From the NCBI GenBank assembly GCA_963811415.1, contig CAWERG010000007.1:182173-246172 (forward strand): a stretch of 64,000 nucleotides of DNA, written 5' to 3'. The notes beneath the pieces are model-generated. The model saw only the letters and a list, made by a program, of their open reading frames with translations, ran no database searches and was not told the DNA's origin. The position numbers and the translations under genes were made by a program. Positions 17,956 to 27,573 of the stretch are shown piece by piece. Within the stretch, counting starts at the first letter, position 1, and the number at the start of each line of letters is the position of its first letter. The stretch comes from an uncultured Actinomycetes bacterium (GTDB lineage: Bacteria; Actinomycetota; Thermoleophilia; Gaiellales; Gaiellaceae).

Positions 17956-19173
17956 ATGAAACATCAGTGGCGCCTACTTACCGGCCTCTTTGCGGTCGGG
18001 TTGCTGCTCACGACGGCCGTGGGAGTGGCAAACGCAAGCAAAGCGGCCGACCCGTATCAGTTGATGATCATCGTGCCGCTCACTGCAGCCGCAGGTAATC
18101 AGACGAACACGATCATCGGTGCGAAAGCTGCCGCGCAGGCGATCAACCAGCAGAAAGGGGTCGGTGGTCGTCAACTCGAGATTATTCCATGCGACACCGT
18201 CAACACGCTCACCGGGTCTCAGGCATGCGCTCGCAAGGCGATCGAGCAGAAGGTCGACAGCGTGTTCGAGATCAACTCGTTCGACTTGCAGGCGCGCGCG
18301 ATCCTGACGCCCGCGGGGATCCCGGACATCGGCGGGCTCGCGCTGGGGGCGACCGCGGATAAGCTCATGTTCCCGGTCTCTCCGTCTGGCCCCGTCGCGA
18401 ACGGTGGCATGGCGGCATGGTTCGTGAAGTACGGCGGCTGCAAACGCTTCATGACGGTATCCGCGGATCTGCTCGTGACACGGCAGAACACACAGCTGGC
18501 GCGTATTGCCTCCGAGCGACTCAAGAAAGGCAGCTTCGTCGGAGCGGTCTGGTTCCCGCTTTTCACTGCCGACTACGCGACTGTCGCACAGCAGATCAAG
18601 CAGCTCAACCCGGACTGCATCCTGGCGCAGAACTCCGAGGTTGGGAATATTCAGCTGGCAAAGACGCTCGTCCAGTTCGGCGTGCCGATCAACGACGGGG
18701 TCAAGTTCGCGACGCCGTCCCCCTTCTCGAGCCAGGCGAATGCCGATTCCATGCCGAACAAGGGCGTTGGCACATATATTCTCGGGCAGCTGCCGATCCC
18801 CGATCTCGACTCAAACCTGTCTTACCAGAAGCTCTATCGCACGCAGCTCGTGGCTGCAGGCACCTCTGCGGACAGCGCTGACATACGCAATCCGACGACA
18901 TTCAACGGCTGGCTCTTCACGTGGAGCGTGAAGAAGCTTGCCGACACGATCAAGGGCCCGGTGACGACGGCGTCGATGATCGCCGCGGCAAAGAAGGGCA
19001 AGAACATCGATCTTCTCGGCGCGATGAAATGGAGTCCGGGCCTGAAGGGCCCGGCCGCCTATCCGTCGGTCAACAACGGGCAGATGTTCGTGGGGCGCTG
19101 GGACGGCACGAAGTTCGCGCCGGCGCAGCCGTATCCGCTCAACTTCTACAAGCTCATCGGATATCAGAAATAG
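17956..19173 (+). CDS. ABC transporter substrate-binding protein (Liv/HAAT family)
   Basis: Signal peptide; AAAQAINQQKGVGGRQLEIIPCD..CARK; DYATVAQQI; next to Liv permease. Confidence 0.82.
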   Translation: MKHQWRLLTGLFAVGLLLTTAVGVANASKAADPYQLMIIVPLTAAAGNQTNTIIGAKAAAQAINQQKGVGGRQLEIIPCDTVNTLTGSQACARKAIEQKVDSVFEINSFDLQARAILTPAGIPDIGGLALGATADKLMFPVSPSGPVANGGMAAWFVKYGGCKRFMTVSADLLVTRQNTQLARIASERLKKGSFVGAVWFPLFTADYATVAQQIKQLNPDCILAQNSEVGNIQLAKTLVQFGVPINDGVKFATPSPFSSQANADSMPNKGVGTYILGQLPIPDLDSNLSYQKLYRTQLVAAGTSADSADIRNPTTFNGWLFTWSVKKLADTIKGPVTTASMIAAAKKGKNIDLLGAMKWSPGLKGPAAYPSVNNGQMFVGRWDGTKFAPAQPYPLNFYKLIGYQK

Positions 19174-19174
19174 G

Positions 19175-20209
19175 ATGGCTATGAGACGACATTCTTCGAT
19201 ACTGGTCGGGCTCGTTGCGGTCTTCGTCACGCTTGCTTGGGTTGGCGCGGCGTCGGCCGCTGTGACCCCGAGCCTCGCCGCATCCTGGGCGCCGAGGACA
19301 ACGCTGCTGAGCTATTCGCAAGGGGGCTCCGACGATCCCCTGGCACGGCTTGTCCTGTTCGCCCCGGCCGACTACCTGGCTTCCTTCGCGCAGGGGCCGG
19401 GGGACAAGGTCGGCACAGCTACTGCGAAGGTATCGGTCGGGGACGGCGGCGCCGCCGCCGCGACTCTAACCGGGTCGATCGCAGTCGCGACCGCGGCCGA
19501 CAACGTCACAGTGGGTGGGCAGACTCTCACCATGGCGGCCGCGGCTGCCGCCTGCACGGGAGCCGCCGTCCACAACGCGTACTGGGTGATCGGTCTCGGC
19601 GGGAGTCAGAGCATCCAGGTCCCGGTCTACGTCGACTTCGTGCTCTCGGGGCCCTACTCGGGCTTCGCTGCCTCGACGATCACGATCTGCATGCCGCCGC
19701 CCGACGTACCGGCGGGGACGGTTGGACGTGCCGTCGCCGGCACCAAGCTCCTCGACCTATCGCTGGTGCTCGAGGACGTCTACAGCGTGCTCGACGGTTG
19801 GTACCTCTGGCATGGGCTGACGACGCCCTACAGCCCCGGTACGGGCAAGCCCAATGCAGCCGGGAATGTGGAGTCGCAGTCGGTCGCGAGGACGCCAAAC
19901 GTGGTGACGGTCAGCTCGAAGACGACCAAGGGTGGGAGCGTGTCGATCAGCGGCCGGCTCACCTCCGGCGGTAAGGGCATCGGCGGCCAGACGGTCACGA
20001 TCACCGCAGGCGGCAAGAGCGTCGCCACCGCGAAGACGAACGGCCAGGGACGCTACGGCGTCACGGTCGCCCAGGCGGCGGGAACGCTCGTCGCGACTGC
20101 GACGGTCGCGGCCAAGAGCATCCCCTGTCAGGGCACGTACTTCACACCGACGCCGTGTAGCGGCTCCTCGTACGGCGGCTTCACAATCAGCTCGGATTCG
20201 AGCGAGTAG
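19175..20209 (+). CDS. Secreted hypothetical protein, beta-rich with C-terminal prealbumin/Ig-like repeat
   Basis: AxA signal peptide; Thr/Ala/Gly/Val-rich; ISGRLT.GGKGI.GQTVTI..TAKTNGQGRY; starts 1 nt after the SBP stop. Confidence 0.75.
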   Translation: MAMRRHSSILVGLVAVFVTLAWVGAASAAVTPSLAASWAPRTTLLSYSQGGSDDPLARLVLFAPADYLASFAQGPGDKVGTATAKVSVGDGGAAAATLTGSIAVATAADNVTVGGQTLTMAAAAAACTGAAVHNAYWVIGLGGSQSIQVPVYVDFVLSGPYSGFAASTITICMPPPDVPAGTVGRAVAGTKLLDLSLVLEDVYSVLDGWYLWHGLTTPYSPGTGKPNAAGNVESQSVARTPNVVTVSSKTTKGGSVSISGRLTSGGKGIGGQTVTITAGGKSVATAKTNGQGRYGVTVAQAAGTLVATATVAAKSIPCQGTYFTPTPCSGSSYGGFTISSDSSE

Positions 20210-20229
20210 CAAGCTCGAAGGTCGAGTGT

Positions 20230-20259
20230 AGGCGTGGGGCCCGACCGGGCCCCACGCCT
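20230..20259 (+). terminator. Strong GC hairpin (terminator or mRNA stabiliser)
   Basis: AGGCGTGGGGCCCG-ac-CGGGCCCCACGCCT followed by CTATTAT. Confidence 0.65.
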
Positions 20260-20285
20260 CTATTATCCCGGGACAAGGAGCAAGG

Positions 20286-20729
20286 ATGACCGACACCGAA
20301 GAGCTGGCCGCGGGGATGAGAGAAGCGATCGGCAACGGCCCGGTCGAGTGGGCGAGGTTCCTCGTCGACGTCTGGGGCCAACGCGTGCAGATCACTCATA
20401 CGCCGCCGATGGCGAACGACGAGACCGTCGACGGCGCAGTGCTCGGTCCGAACGAGGTGGCGCTGTTCGAGGACATGGTGAGGCTCGTGCCCGACTATCG
20501 GCAGGAGGACGTCGAGGTCCAGGTCGACGGCGATGAGATCGTGGTCGACGAGACGCTCGTCGGGACACTGCCCGACGGTACCGTCCACCGTGCTCCGCTC
20601 CGCTATCGATTCACGATCGAGAGCGGTCGGATAGTGAAGACGAACGGCATCTACGAGGCGCAGGTCGTTGCCCCGTTCGGACGCGTTATTGCAGCCGCCG
20701 GGCATCGCACACCCGACCAGATGCGCTGA
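20286..20729 (+). CDS. SnoaL/NTF2-like protein
   Basis: EVQVDGDEIVVDETLVGTLPDG..YRFTIESGRIV pattern; AAGGAG SD. Confidence 0.7.
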   Translation: MTDTEELAAGMREAIGNGPVEWARFLVDVWGQRVQITHTPPMANDETVDGAVLGPNEVALFEDMVRLVPDYRQEDVEVQVDGDEIVVDETLVGTLPDGTVHRAPLRYRFTIESGRIVKTNGIYEAQVVAPFGRVIAAAGHRTPDQMR

Positions 20730-20736
20730 ATCCTGC

Positions 20737-23481
20737 ATGACGATCTTCCTCCAGTTTGCGGTTCTCGGGATCGGCACGGCGGCCGTCTACTCGCTCCTCG
20801 CGCAAGGACTTGTCGCGATCCAGCTCGGCTCGGGAGTGCTCAATCTCGCACAGGGTGCGATCGCCATGCTGGCCGCGTATCTCTACTGGCAGTTCCATAT
20901 GGAATGGGGCTGGTCGACCGTTGTCGCGTTCGTCGGTTCGGTTGCGACGGTGGCCCTGCTGTCGCCCGTCGTGTACATCGTGGCGCTGCGCGGGCTGCGG
21001 CACTCGTCGTCGCTCGCGCGAGTCGTCGCCACGCTCGGGCTCCTGCTCCTGATCACCGGCTTTGTGGCGGTTGTGTGGGGGACGAACGGCAAGACGGTCG
21101 ATCCGATCTTCCCCACCAACACCTTCACGATCGGTGACGTCTTCGTCCCGGTCGACCGCCTCTGGATGCTCGGGATCGCTGCCGCGGTCACTGTTGTGCT
21201 CTGGGCGGCCTACCGGCTCACTCCCATCGGTCTGGCGATCCGTGCCAGCGCGGATCATGCCCGCAGCGCCTCGGCACTCGGCTGGTCACCGGACCTGCTG
21301 GCCACCATCTCGTGGTGCATCGGCGGCGCTCTCGCTGGCCTGACCGGGGTCATGCTGGCTCCGCTGATCGGCGTCGACGCCGTGACGATCCCGTTCTTCG
21401 TGATCCCGGTGGTTGCAGCCGCCTTGCTGGGGAGCTTCTCGTCCTTTCCTCTGACGTTCGTCGGGGCGGTGGGCATTGGGGTCGCGAGCTCCCTGATCAC
21501 CTACTACGAGGCGAAGCTGAACGAGGCGCTCGACACGGAGATCACAGGGCTCGTGTGGTCGCTTCCGTTCCTCGTGATCGTCCTCGTGATCGCGGTGCGT
21601 GGGAAGGGGCTGCCGGTGCGCGGGTCTTTCGTCGAGCGATTGCCCGCAGTCGGCTCGGGCCGCATCCGCTTGCGCATCGTCGGTCCGGCGGTCGCCGTCA
21701 CGATCGCTCTCATGTACGTCTTCTTCCCGAACTCGCTGCTCGATGCGCTCGTCGTCTCGCTGGCGTGGGCGACGATCATGCTCTCCGTCGTCGTGCTACT
21801 CGGTTACACGAGCCAGCTGTCGTTCGAGCAGATGGCGATGGCGGGCCTCGCGGCGCTGATCGCCGCTCGGCTGGTCGATCTGTGGTCGGTGCCGTTCGAG
21901 GTCGCGTTCGTCGCCGCGGTCCTTGCCGCCGTCCCGATCGGCGTGCTCTTTGCCCTGCCGGCGCTGCGAACACGCGGAATTAACCTCGCCGTCGTCACCC
22001 TCGGCCTCGGCGCGGCCATTTACTACATGATCTTCAACAGCCGCACGTTCACGGGCGGCAACGACGGCACCCCCGTCGGGCGCCAGACCCTCTTCGGCAT
22101 ACCAATCGACTTCGACCGGTATCCGGAGCGCTACGCCATCTTCGCTCTGGTCGCATTCAGCGTCTGTGCCGTTGCCGTCGCGAACGTCCGGCGCGGCCGG
22201 GCAGGCAGTGCACTGATGGCGGTGCGAACCAACGAGCGCGCAGCAGCAGCGCTCGGGATCAGCGTCTTCCAGACGAAGCTCTTCGCGTTCATCCTGGGGG
22301 CTTCGGTCGCTGCGATCGGGGGTCTCGTCCTCGCATTTCGCAATACCACCGTCCCGTTCTTCGAGTACGAGCCGTTCCAATCGATCCTGGTCGTTGGGTT
22401 CACTATCTTCGGCGGTGTCGGCTTCGTCATGGGCCCCCTGCTCGGCTCTCAGTTTGCCTCGGGTGGTATCGGCACGTGGATGTCGGACGAGATCCTCAAC
22501 TCACCGCCTGGGTACTGGCTCACGTTGCTCGGGGGCTTTGCCGTGCTCTTCTTCGTCAACGTGCACCCGGACGGGCTCGTCGAGCTCCAGGTGCGGAGGT
22601 TCAAGCGCCAGAGCGAGAAGCGCAGAATCAAACGCGGCCTGCCACTGGCGGCCGCGGAGCCGATGCCGGTTGTCCCACGCGTGCGCGCACGGCCCGTGAC
22701 GCTTGTCGTGGAAAACGTGACCGTTCGCTTCGGCGGCGTCACGGCGGTCGACCAGGCGAGCCTCGAGGTACGTCCGGGCGAAGTCGTAGGCCTGATCGGG
22801 CCGAACGGCGCGGGCAAGTCGACGTTGATCGACGCGATCACGGGCTTCGTACGCCCGTCCGAAGGGATGGTCTATCTCGACGGGGAGCAGATCGACGGGC
22901 TTCCCGTACATCAAAGGGTGGGGCTCGGCGTCAGTCGCTCGTTCCAGTCGCTCGAGCTGTTCGAGCAGAATACCGTGCGCGAGAACCTGCAGGTCGCCTC
23001 GGATCGGTGCAACGCGCTCGACTATGCGCGTGACATCGTTGCTCCCACGCATCAGCCGCTCTCTGCCGCTGCCGCCGCCGCGGTTCGCGAGTTCGAGCTC
23101 GAGGGCGAGCTCGAAGAGACGGTGCAGGAGCTTTCGTACGGCCACCGCAGGCTCGTCGCGATCGCGAGAGCCATGGCCGTGGACCCGTCGCTCCTCCTGC
23201 TCGACGAGCCCGCCGCCGGACTCAGTCGAGGCGAATCAGTCGAGCTCGGGGAGGTGGTCAAGAGACTCGCGTCCGAATGGGGGATCGGGATCCTGCTGGT
23301 CGAGCACGACATGGCGTTCGTGATGGAGACGTGCGACCGGGTCGTCGTGCTCGACTTCGGCCGGAAGATCGCAGACGCAACGCCGGAGGTGATCCGCCGC
23401 GACCCAGCCGTGATCGCGGCGTACCTCGGGACGGTGGACGACGAGATGCAGGCGGCCGCACCGTCGCCGGCCGCCACTTGA
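20737..23481 (+). CDS. Fused LivH-LivM-LivG ABC permease/ATPase
   Basis: Two permease domains (SGVLNLAQG; GYTSQLS), Walker A GPNGAGKST, LSYG, LLLDEP, LVEHD, VIAAYLG. Confidence 0.92.
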   Translation: MTIFLQFAVLGIGTAAVYSLLAQGLVAIQLGSGVLNLAQGAIAMLAAYLYWQFHMEWGWSTVVAFVGSVATVALLSPVVYIVALRGLRHSSSLARVVATLGLLLLITGFVAVVWGTNGKTVDPIFPTNTFTIGDVFVPVDRLWMLGIAAAVTVVLWAAYRLTPIGLAIRASADHARSASALGWSPDLLATISWCIGGALAGLTGVMLAPLIGVDAVTIPFFVIPVVAAALLGSFSSFPLTFVGAVGIGVASSLITYYEAKLNEALDTEITGLVWSLPFLVIVLVIAVRGKGLPVRGSFVERLPAVGSGRIRLRIVGPAVAVTIALMYVFFPNSLLDALVVSLAWATIMLSVVVLLGYTSQLSFEQMAMAGLAALIAARLVDLWSVPFEVAFVAAVLAAVPIGVLFALPALRTRGINLAVVTLGLGAAIYYMIFNSRTFTGGNDGTPVGRQTLFGIPIDFDRYPERYAIFALVAFSVCAVAVANVRRGRAGSALMAVRTNERAAAALGISVFQTKLFAFILGASVAAIGGLVLAFRNTTVPFFEYEPFQSILVVGFTIFGGVGFVMGPLLGSQFASGGIGTWMSDEILNSPPGYWLTLLGGFAVLFFVNVHPDGLVELQVRRFKRQSEKRRIKRGLPLAAAEPMPVVPRVRARPVTLVVENVTVRFGGVTAVDQASLEVRPGEVVGLIGPNGAGKSTLIDAITGFVRPSEGMVYLDGEQIDGLPVHQRVGLGVSRSFQSLELFEQNTVRENLQVASDRCNALDYARDIVAPTHQPLSAAAAAAVREFELEGELEETVQELSYGHRRLVAIARAMAVDPSLLLLDEPAAGLSRGESVELGEVVKRLASEWGIGILLVEHDMAFVMETCDRVVVLDFGRKIADATPEVIRRDPAVIAAYLGTVDDEMQAAAPSPAAT

Positions 23482-23668
23482 CGGGCGTCAGCGCGTTGCC
23501 GCCGGTCCAGCTCCACGCTCAGATGCACAGTTATATGCTCTTCGCACCCGTGTCCCGTGATCCCCACTACCGGCCGCCGAAACCAACCTGGTCGACGGCT
23601 GCGCGCTGACCGCTATGCCTAGCCCAGCCGAGGGAATCGCGACCGCGCGATCGAGTACCGTCAAAGCC

Positions 23669-24178
23669 GTGTCCGAGCCAGCCCCAGACTCCTCCGCTCC
23701 GGCAGCTCCCGAGGAGATCCATCTCGCTTGGCGTGCGTTTGTCGCCGCCTACCGCGTGGCGTCCCGGGAGACAGCTAAGGCGCTCGCCGCCGAATGTGGC
23801 ATCCCTCCGAACCATTTCGGCGTGCTGGCGGCACTCGAGCTGTATTCCGACGGGGCGATGCGCCTGAGCGACGTCCTGCCGCACGTCGCACCACTCAGCC
23901 AGCCCGCGCTCAGCAGGATCGTCCAGGCCATGGAGCGCAGCGGCCTGATCGCGCGCAGAACCGACCCCGACGACAGACGCGTGAGCATCATCCGATTGAC
24001 TCCTGCCGGCAGGAAGGCCTTCGAGCGCGCTCGCCTGGTCGATCGCCGCGCTGTCGAGAAGAGCTTCGGCCGCTTCCTGACCGCCGACGAGGCCCGGGTC
24101 CTCGCGGCGGTGCTCAGCCGCGTCGCAGCCAGCGACAGCGAGGCTAAGCCCAAGCCCATCTCGTTCGAGTCATCCTGA
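23669..24178 (+). CDS. MarR family transcriptional regulator
   Basis: LSQPALSRIVQAMERSGLIAR..DPDDRR..LTPAG; GTG23669 is 7 nt after TACCGT (ATG23615 is an alternative). Confidence 0.9.
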   Translation: MSEPAPDSSAPAAPEEIHLAWRAFVAAYRVASRETAKALAAECGIPPNHFGVLAALELYSDGAMRLSDVLPHVAPLSQPALSRIVQAMERSGLIARRTDPDDRRVSIIRLTPAGRKAFERARLVDRRAVEKSFGRFLTADEARVLAAVLSRVAASDSEAKPKPISFESS

Positions 24179-24235
24179 ACCCTCGGACGTCGGCTCGCAC
24201 CTCCTGAAGGCACGCGGGAAGCAGCTGAAGCTCGG

Positions 24236-24474
24236 GCTGCGACGCGTGCCGCCTGCTCAACGAGACGAACGTGAGCTGGGAAGGGCGCTTCCGGACGCCG
24301 ATCGTCAATTACACGTCCGAGCCGAGGGCCCCGTACAGGATCAGCTTCCGGTCTGGCCTGTTTTGCGACGACACAGGATTCGATGATCTGTCGATGCGCT
24401 ACTGGTGGGAGACCAGGCGCCCGGTGGAGCGGGTCTGGGAGGTGCTCGCCGAGGGAGGATTCCGATCTTCATGA
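24236..24474 (+). pseudogene. Possible gene remnant with an LLM-oxidoreductase-like fragment
   Basis: RLLNETNVSWEGRFRTPIVNYTSEPR resembles the internal LLM segment; no complete gene present. Confidence 0.35.
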
Positions 24475-24579
24475 CGCGCTTCTCCTTGCTCGACGGGCGT
24501 TGTGACCGACGCTAACAACTACATGCTGACGGCTGCAAGTATGTGGCTTCGCCGAGGTCACCGTGGTACTGTCGCCGGC

Positions 24580-24972
24580 GTGACCCTCGAGCAGGCGACC
24601 GCCGTCATCGCGCGCGGCATTCTTGCGGCCGAGCAGCTCGGCACGACCATGACCTTCGCGGTGGTCGATACGGGTGGGCACCTCGTCGCGCTGTCACGCA
24701 TGGACGGCTGCGCCTTCATTGCGACCGAGATTGCCACCAGCAAGGCGTATACCGCGGCAGCGGCCAAGTTGCCCACCGGCACGCTCAAGCAATTCGTGGG
24801 CGACGAGCCGTCGTTTCTCGCCTCTGCCGCGGTCGCCACGGGCGGGCGCTTCATCGCTGCCGTCGGCGGGTACCCGGTCGTGATCGACGGCGACGTCGTC
24901 GGCGGCGTGGGGGCGAGCGGCGGCACGGCGGAGCAGGATGAGGCGGTCGCCAAAGCCGCCGCAGATTCCTAA
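24580..24972 (+). CDS. GlcG/HbpS heme-binding family protein
   Basis: AVVDTGGHL..RMDG..IATSKAYTA..GGYP..GGVGASGG..EQD; GTG is 7 nt after TACTGT. Confidence 0.9.
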   Translation: MTLEQATAVIARGILAAEQLGTTMTFAVVDTGGHLVALSRMDGCAFIATEIATSKAYTAAAAKLPTGTLKQFVGDEPSFLASAAVATGGRFIAAVGGYPVVIDGDVVGGVGASGGTAEQDEAVAKAAADS

Positions 24973-24988
24973 CGCCGCGACGGGCCGG

Positions 24989-25855
24989 ATGACGGTAGCG
25001 CTCGACCACGTCGGAATCAGTGTCTCCGACATCCACCGGTCGCTCGCCTGGTACGAGGAGAACCTCGACGCGATCCGTACGGTCGACGTATTCCAACCTC
25101 CGAATGTCGAGGTCAAGGTCGCGTTCGTCTCACTCGGGAGCCGTGAGCTCGAGTTCATCGAAGCTCGGTCCCGGGGCCACCGCCTCACGGGGCGCAACAA
25201 CGATGTCGGCGCGGCGCATATCGCGGTGCACACGCCCGATGTCTGCGCCGTCCACGACCGCCTCGCCCACAGTGGCGTTGCGTCAACGACCGAGCCGTTG
25301 GAGCTGATGCCGGGCGTTCTATCGTTCTACTGTCACGATCCGGACGGCTTCCGCATTCAGCTCATTCAGCTACCAGCGAGCGACGGCGATCGCCACGGTC
25401 TACGGTTCGCGAACGGATTCCATCACGTTGCGTTCACCGTCTCCGACCTCGAGCGAACGCTCGGCTGGTACAGACAGGCTTTCGGCCTGCAGGCCGGCAC
25501 TCGCACGAGCGGCAGCGGCGATGTCGTCTCGCGGATGTTCGAGGTCGATGACAGCGCGTACGAGGTTGCGCTCGCTCCTATCGGCGCGACCTTCCTCGAG
25601 ATCATGGAGTGGACGCGCCCACGCGGATCGCAGACGCGCTTCGCGCTGTACGACCCCGGTGCCTGGCACCTCGGCATCGAAGTCGACGACGTTGTCGAGT
25701 TGCATGAGCGCTTGCTGGCGGGAGGCATCGATGTTGCTCTGCCTCTCCGGTGGTACGAGCCGCGCCCGGGATGCAAACGGGGGGTCTTCATAGTCCGTGA
25801 TCCCGACGGTCTATATGTCCAAGCCCAGCAAGACGTCAGCGACCCAGAGGGGTGA
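24989..25855 (+). CDS. Tandem VOC/glyoxalase family protein
   Basis: Two domains: DHVGISVSD/LEFIE/HIA/DPDG and HHVAFTVSD/LEIME/HLG/DPDG. Confidence 0.85.
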   Translation: MTVALDHVGISVSDIHRSLAWYEENLDAIRTVDVFQPPNVEVKVAFVSLGSRELEFIEARSRGHRLTGRNNDVGAAHIAVHTPDVCAVHDRLAHSGVASTTEPLELMPGVLSFYCHDPDGFRIQLIQLPASDGDRHGLRFANGFHHVAFTVSDLERTLGWYRQAFGLQAGTRTSGSGDVVSRMFEVDDSAYEVALAPIGATFLEIMEWTRPRGSQTRFALYDPGAWHLGIEVDDVVELHERLLAGGIDVALPLRWYEPRPGCKRGVFIVRDPDGLYVQAQQDVSDPEG

Positions 25856-25862
25856 GTGAGCG

Positions 25863-26831
25863 GTGAGAGACAAGAAGATCCTGTTCACGGGAGCGACGGG
25901 GCAGGCGTTTCGTCCTGTAGCCCAGGCGATGGCCGCGGACAACGAGGTGTGGGCTGCAGCGCGCTTCTCAAATCCGACTGTCAAGGACGAATTGGAAGCC
26001 CACGGGATCACGACCTTCAACTGGACGATGGGCGAGGGCTCGCTCGAGGGCCTTCCCGACAACTTCACGCATGTGCTGCATGCCGCGCCATACCGTGGCC
26101 AGCCCGATTCGAATACTGCAGCTCAGGCCAATGCGGTCGGCGCAGGACAGCTGATGAACCACTGCCGCAGCGCCGACGCCTTCATCTTCGTCTCGACGTT
26201 CGGCGTCTACACGAAGCCGGCGACCTCAGACACGCCACTCTCGGAGGACGCGATGCTCGGCGGCCACGCCCCCTATGCGCCCACCTATCCGGTTGGCAAG
26301 CTCGCGGCGGAAGGCGCCGTGCGTGCCTTCGCACGCGTGCTCGACCTTCCGACGACGATCGCCCGGCTCAACGTGTGCTACGGCCCGACCGGCTGGGGCG
26401 GCGTCCCGGTCGAGTTCTTCGGCAGGATCCTTGGCGGAGAGCCGATCTGGGTTCCCGCCGACGGCTCCGAGATCTACTCGTCGCCGATCAGCACGGATGA
26501 CGTGAGGCTGTTCGTGCCACGTCTCTGGGACGTTGCCTCGACGACTCCGACGATCGTCAATCTCGCGGGCGACGAGCCGGTGGGCCTTCGCGAGTACATG
26601 GGATACCTGGCGGACAAGGCAGGCATCGAGCTCGTGTTCACGCCGAGCGACGAGAGCCGCGAGTCGTTCATCTCCGACAACACGCGGCGCCGGTCGCTGA
26701 TCGGTGACTGCGAGGTGCACTGGCCCGAGGGGATGGTGCGGGCGATCGAGGCTCACTACCCCGGCGCCTTCGCTGGTACGGGTGTGCGCCCCGAGGCGAA
26801 AGTCGAGGCGAATATCTGGGGTCAGCGCTAG
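25863..26831 (+). CDS. NAD-dependent epimerase/dehydratase
   Basis: ILFTGATGQA, FVST.GVY, YPVGK, ARLNVCYGP. Confidence 0.85.
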   Translation: MRDKKILFTGATGQAFRPVAQAMAADNEVWAAARFSNPTVKDELEAHGITTFNWTMGEGSLEGLPDNFTHVLHAAPYRGQPDSNTAAQANAVGAGQLMNHCRSADAFIFVSTFGVYTKPATSDTPLSEDAMLGGHAPYAPTYPVGKLAAEGAVRAFARVLDLPTTIARLNVCYGPTGWGGVPVEFFGRILGGEPIWVPADGSEIYSSPISTDDVRLFVPRLWDVASTTPTIVNLAGDEPVGLREYMGYLADKAGIELVFTPSDESRESFISDNTRRRSLIGDCEVHWPEGMVRAIEAHYPGAFAGTGVRPEAKVEANIWGQR

Positions 26832-26850
26832 AGCGCTCGGTCGCGCGACA

Positions 26851-27573
26851 TCACGGGCCGCCGCGCACATAGAGGACCTGGCCGCTGATCCAGCTGGCGT
26901 CCTCCCCTGCGAGAAACGCGATCGCCGAGGCGATGTCTTCCGGCTGGCCGATCCGGCCGAGCGGGATGTCCTTCGCGATCTCCGCCTTGAGCTCGTCCCA
27001 GTCCCGGCCCGTCCGCTCGGCGATCCCGCGCGTCATCCGCGTCTCGACGTAGCCCGGAGCGACGCAGTTGACGTTGATCCCGAACGGCCCGAGTTCGAGC
27101 GCGAGCGTCTTCGTTAGCCCCTGGATACCCGCCTTGGCGGTGGCGTAGTTTGACTGTCCGCGATTACCGAGCGCCGAGGTGGAGGAGATGAGGACCAGCG
27201 AGCCGCTCCGTCGCGGCACCATCTGGCGTTGGGCGGCCTGGGCGGCGAGGAACGTGCCACGGAGATGCGTCGAGATGACGAGGTCCCAGTCGTCGTCGCT
27301 CAGCTTGTGGATGAGGTTGTCGCGTGTGACGCCGGCGCAGGTGACGAGGACGTCGACGGGACCGAGCGTAGCCGCCGTCTCGTCGAAGGCCGCCTCGACC
27401 TGGTCGCGCTGGGTGACGTCGCACGCCAGCGCGAGGGCCTGCGAGGGCGCATCCTCGACGTCGAGGTCCGTCACCGCGACCTTGGCTCCCTCGGCGGCGA
27501 GCCGTGTCGCCACCGCAGCTCCGATCCCACGCGCGCCACCGGTGACGAGCGCAACCTTCCCGTCGAAGCTCAT
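26851..27573 (-). CDS. FabG-like SDR (3-oxoacyl reductase family)
   Basis: TGGARGIG, AGVTRD, GNRGQSNYATAK, VAPG. Confidence 0.9.
   Translation of the reverse strand: MSFDGKVALVTGGARGIGAAVATRLAAEGAKVAVTDLDVEDAPSQALALACDVTQRDQVEAAFDETAATLGPVDVLVTCAGVTRDNLIHKLSDDDWDLVISTHLRGTFLAAQAAQRQMVPRRSGSLVLISSTSALGNRGQSNYATAKAGIQGLTKTLALELGPFGINVNCVAPGYVETRMTRGIAERTGRDWDELKAEIAKDIPLGRIGQPEDIASAIAFLAGEDASWISGQVLYVRGGP

Noticed and set aside
24209-24250. GGCACGCG...CGCGTGCC hairpin containing GGAAGCAGC as possible SRP RNA
   Set aside because: Lacks SRP helix-8 geometry; short GC stems are expected by chance at this composition
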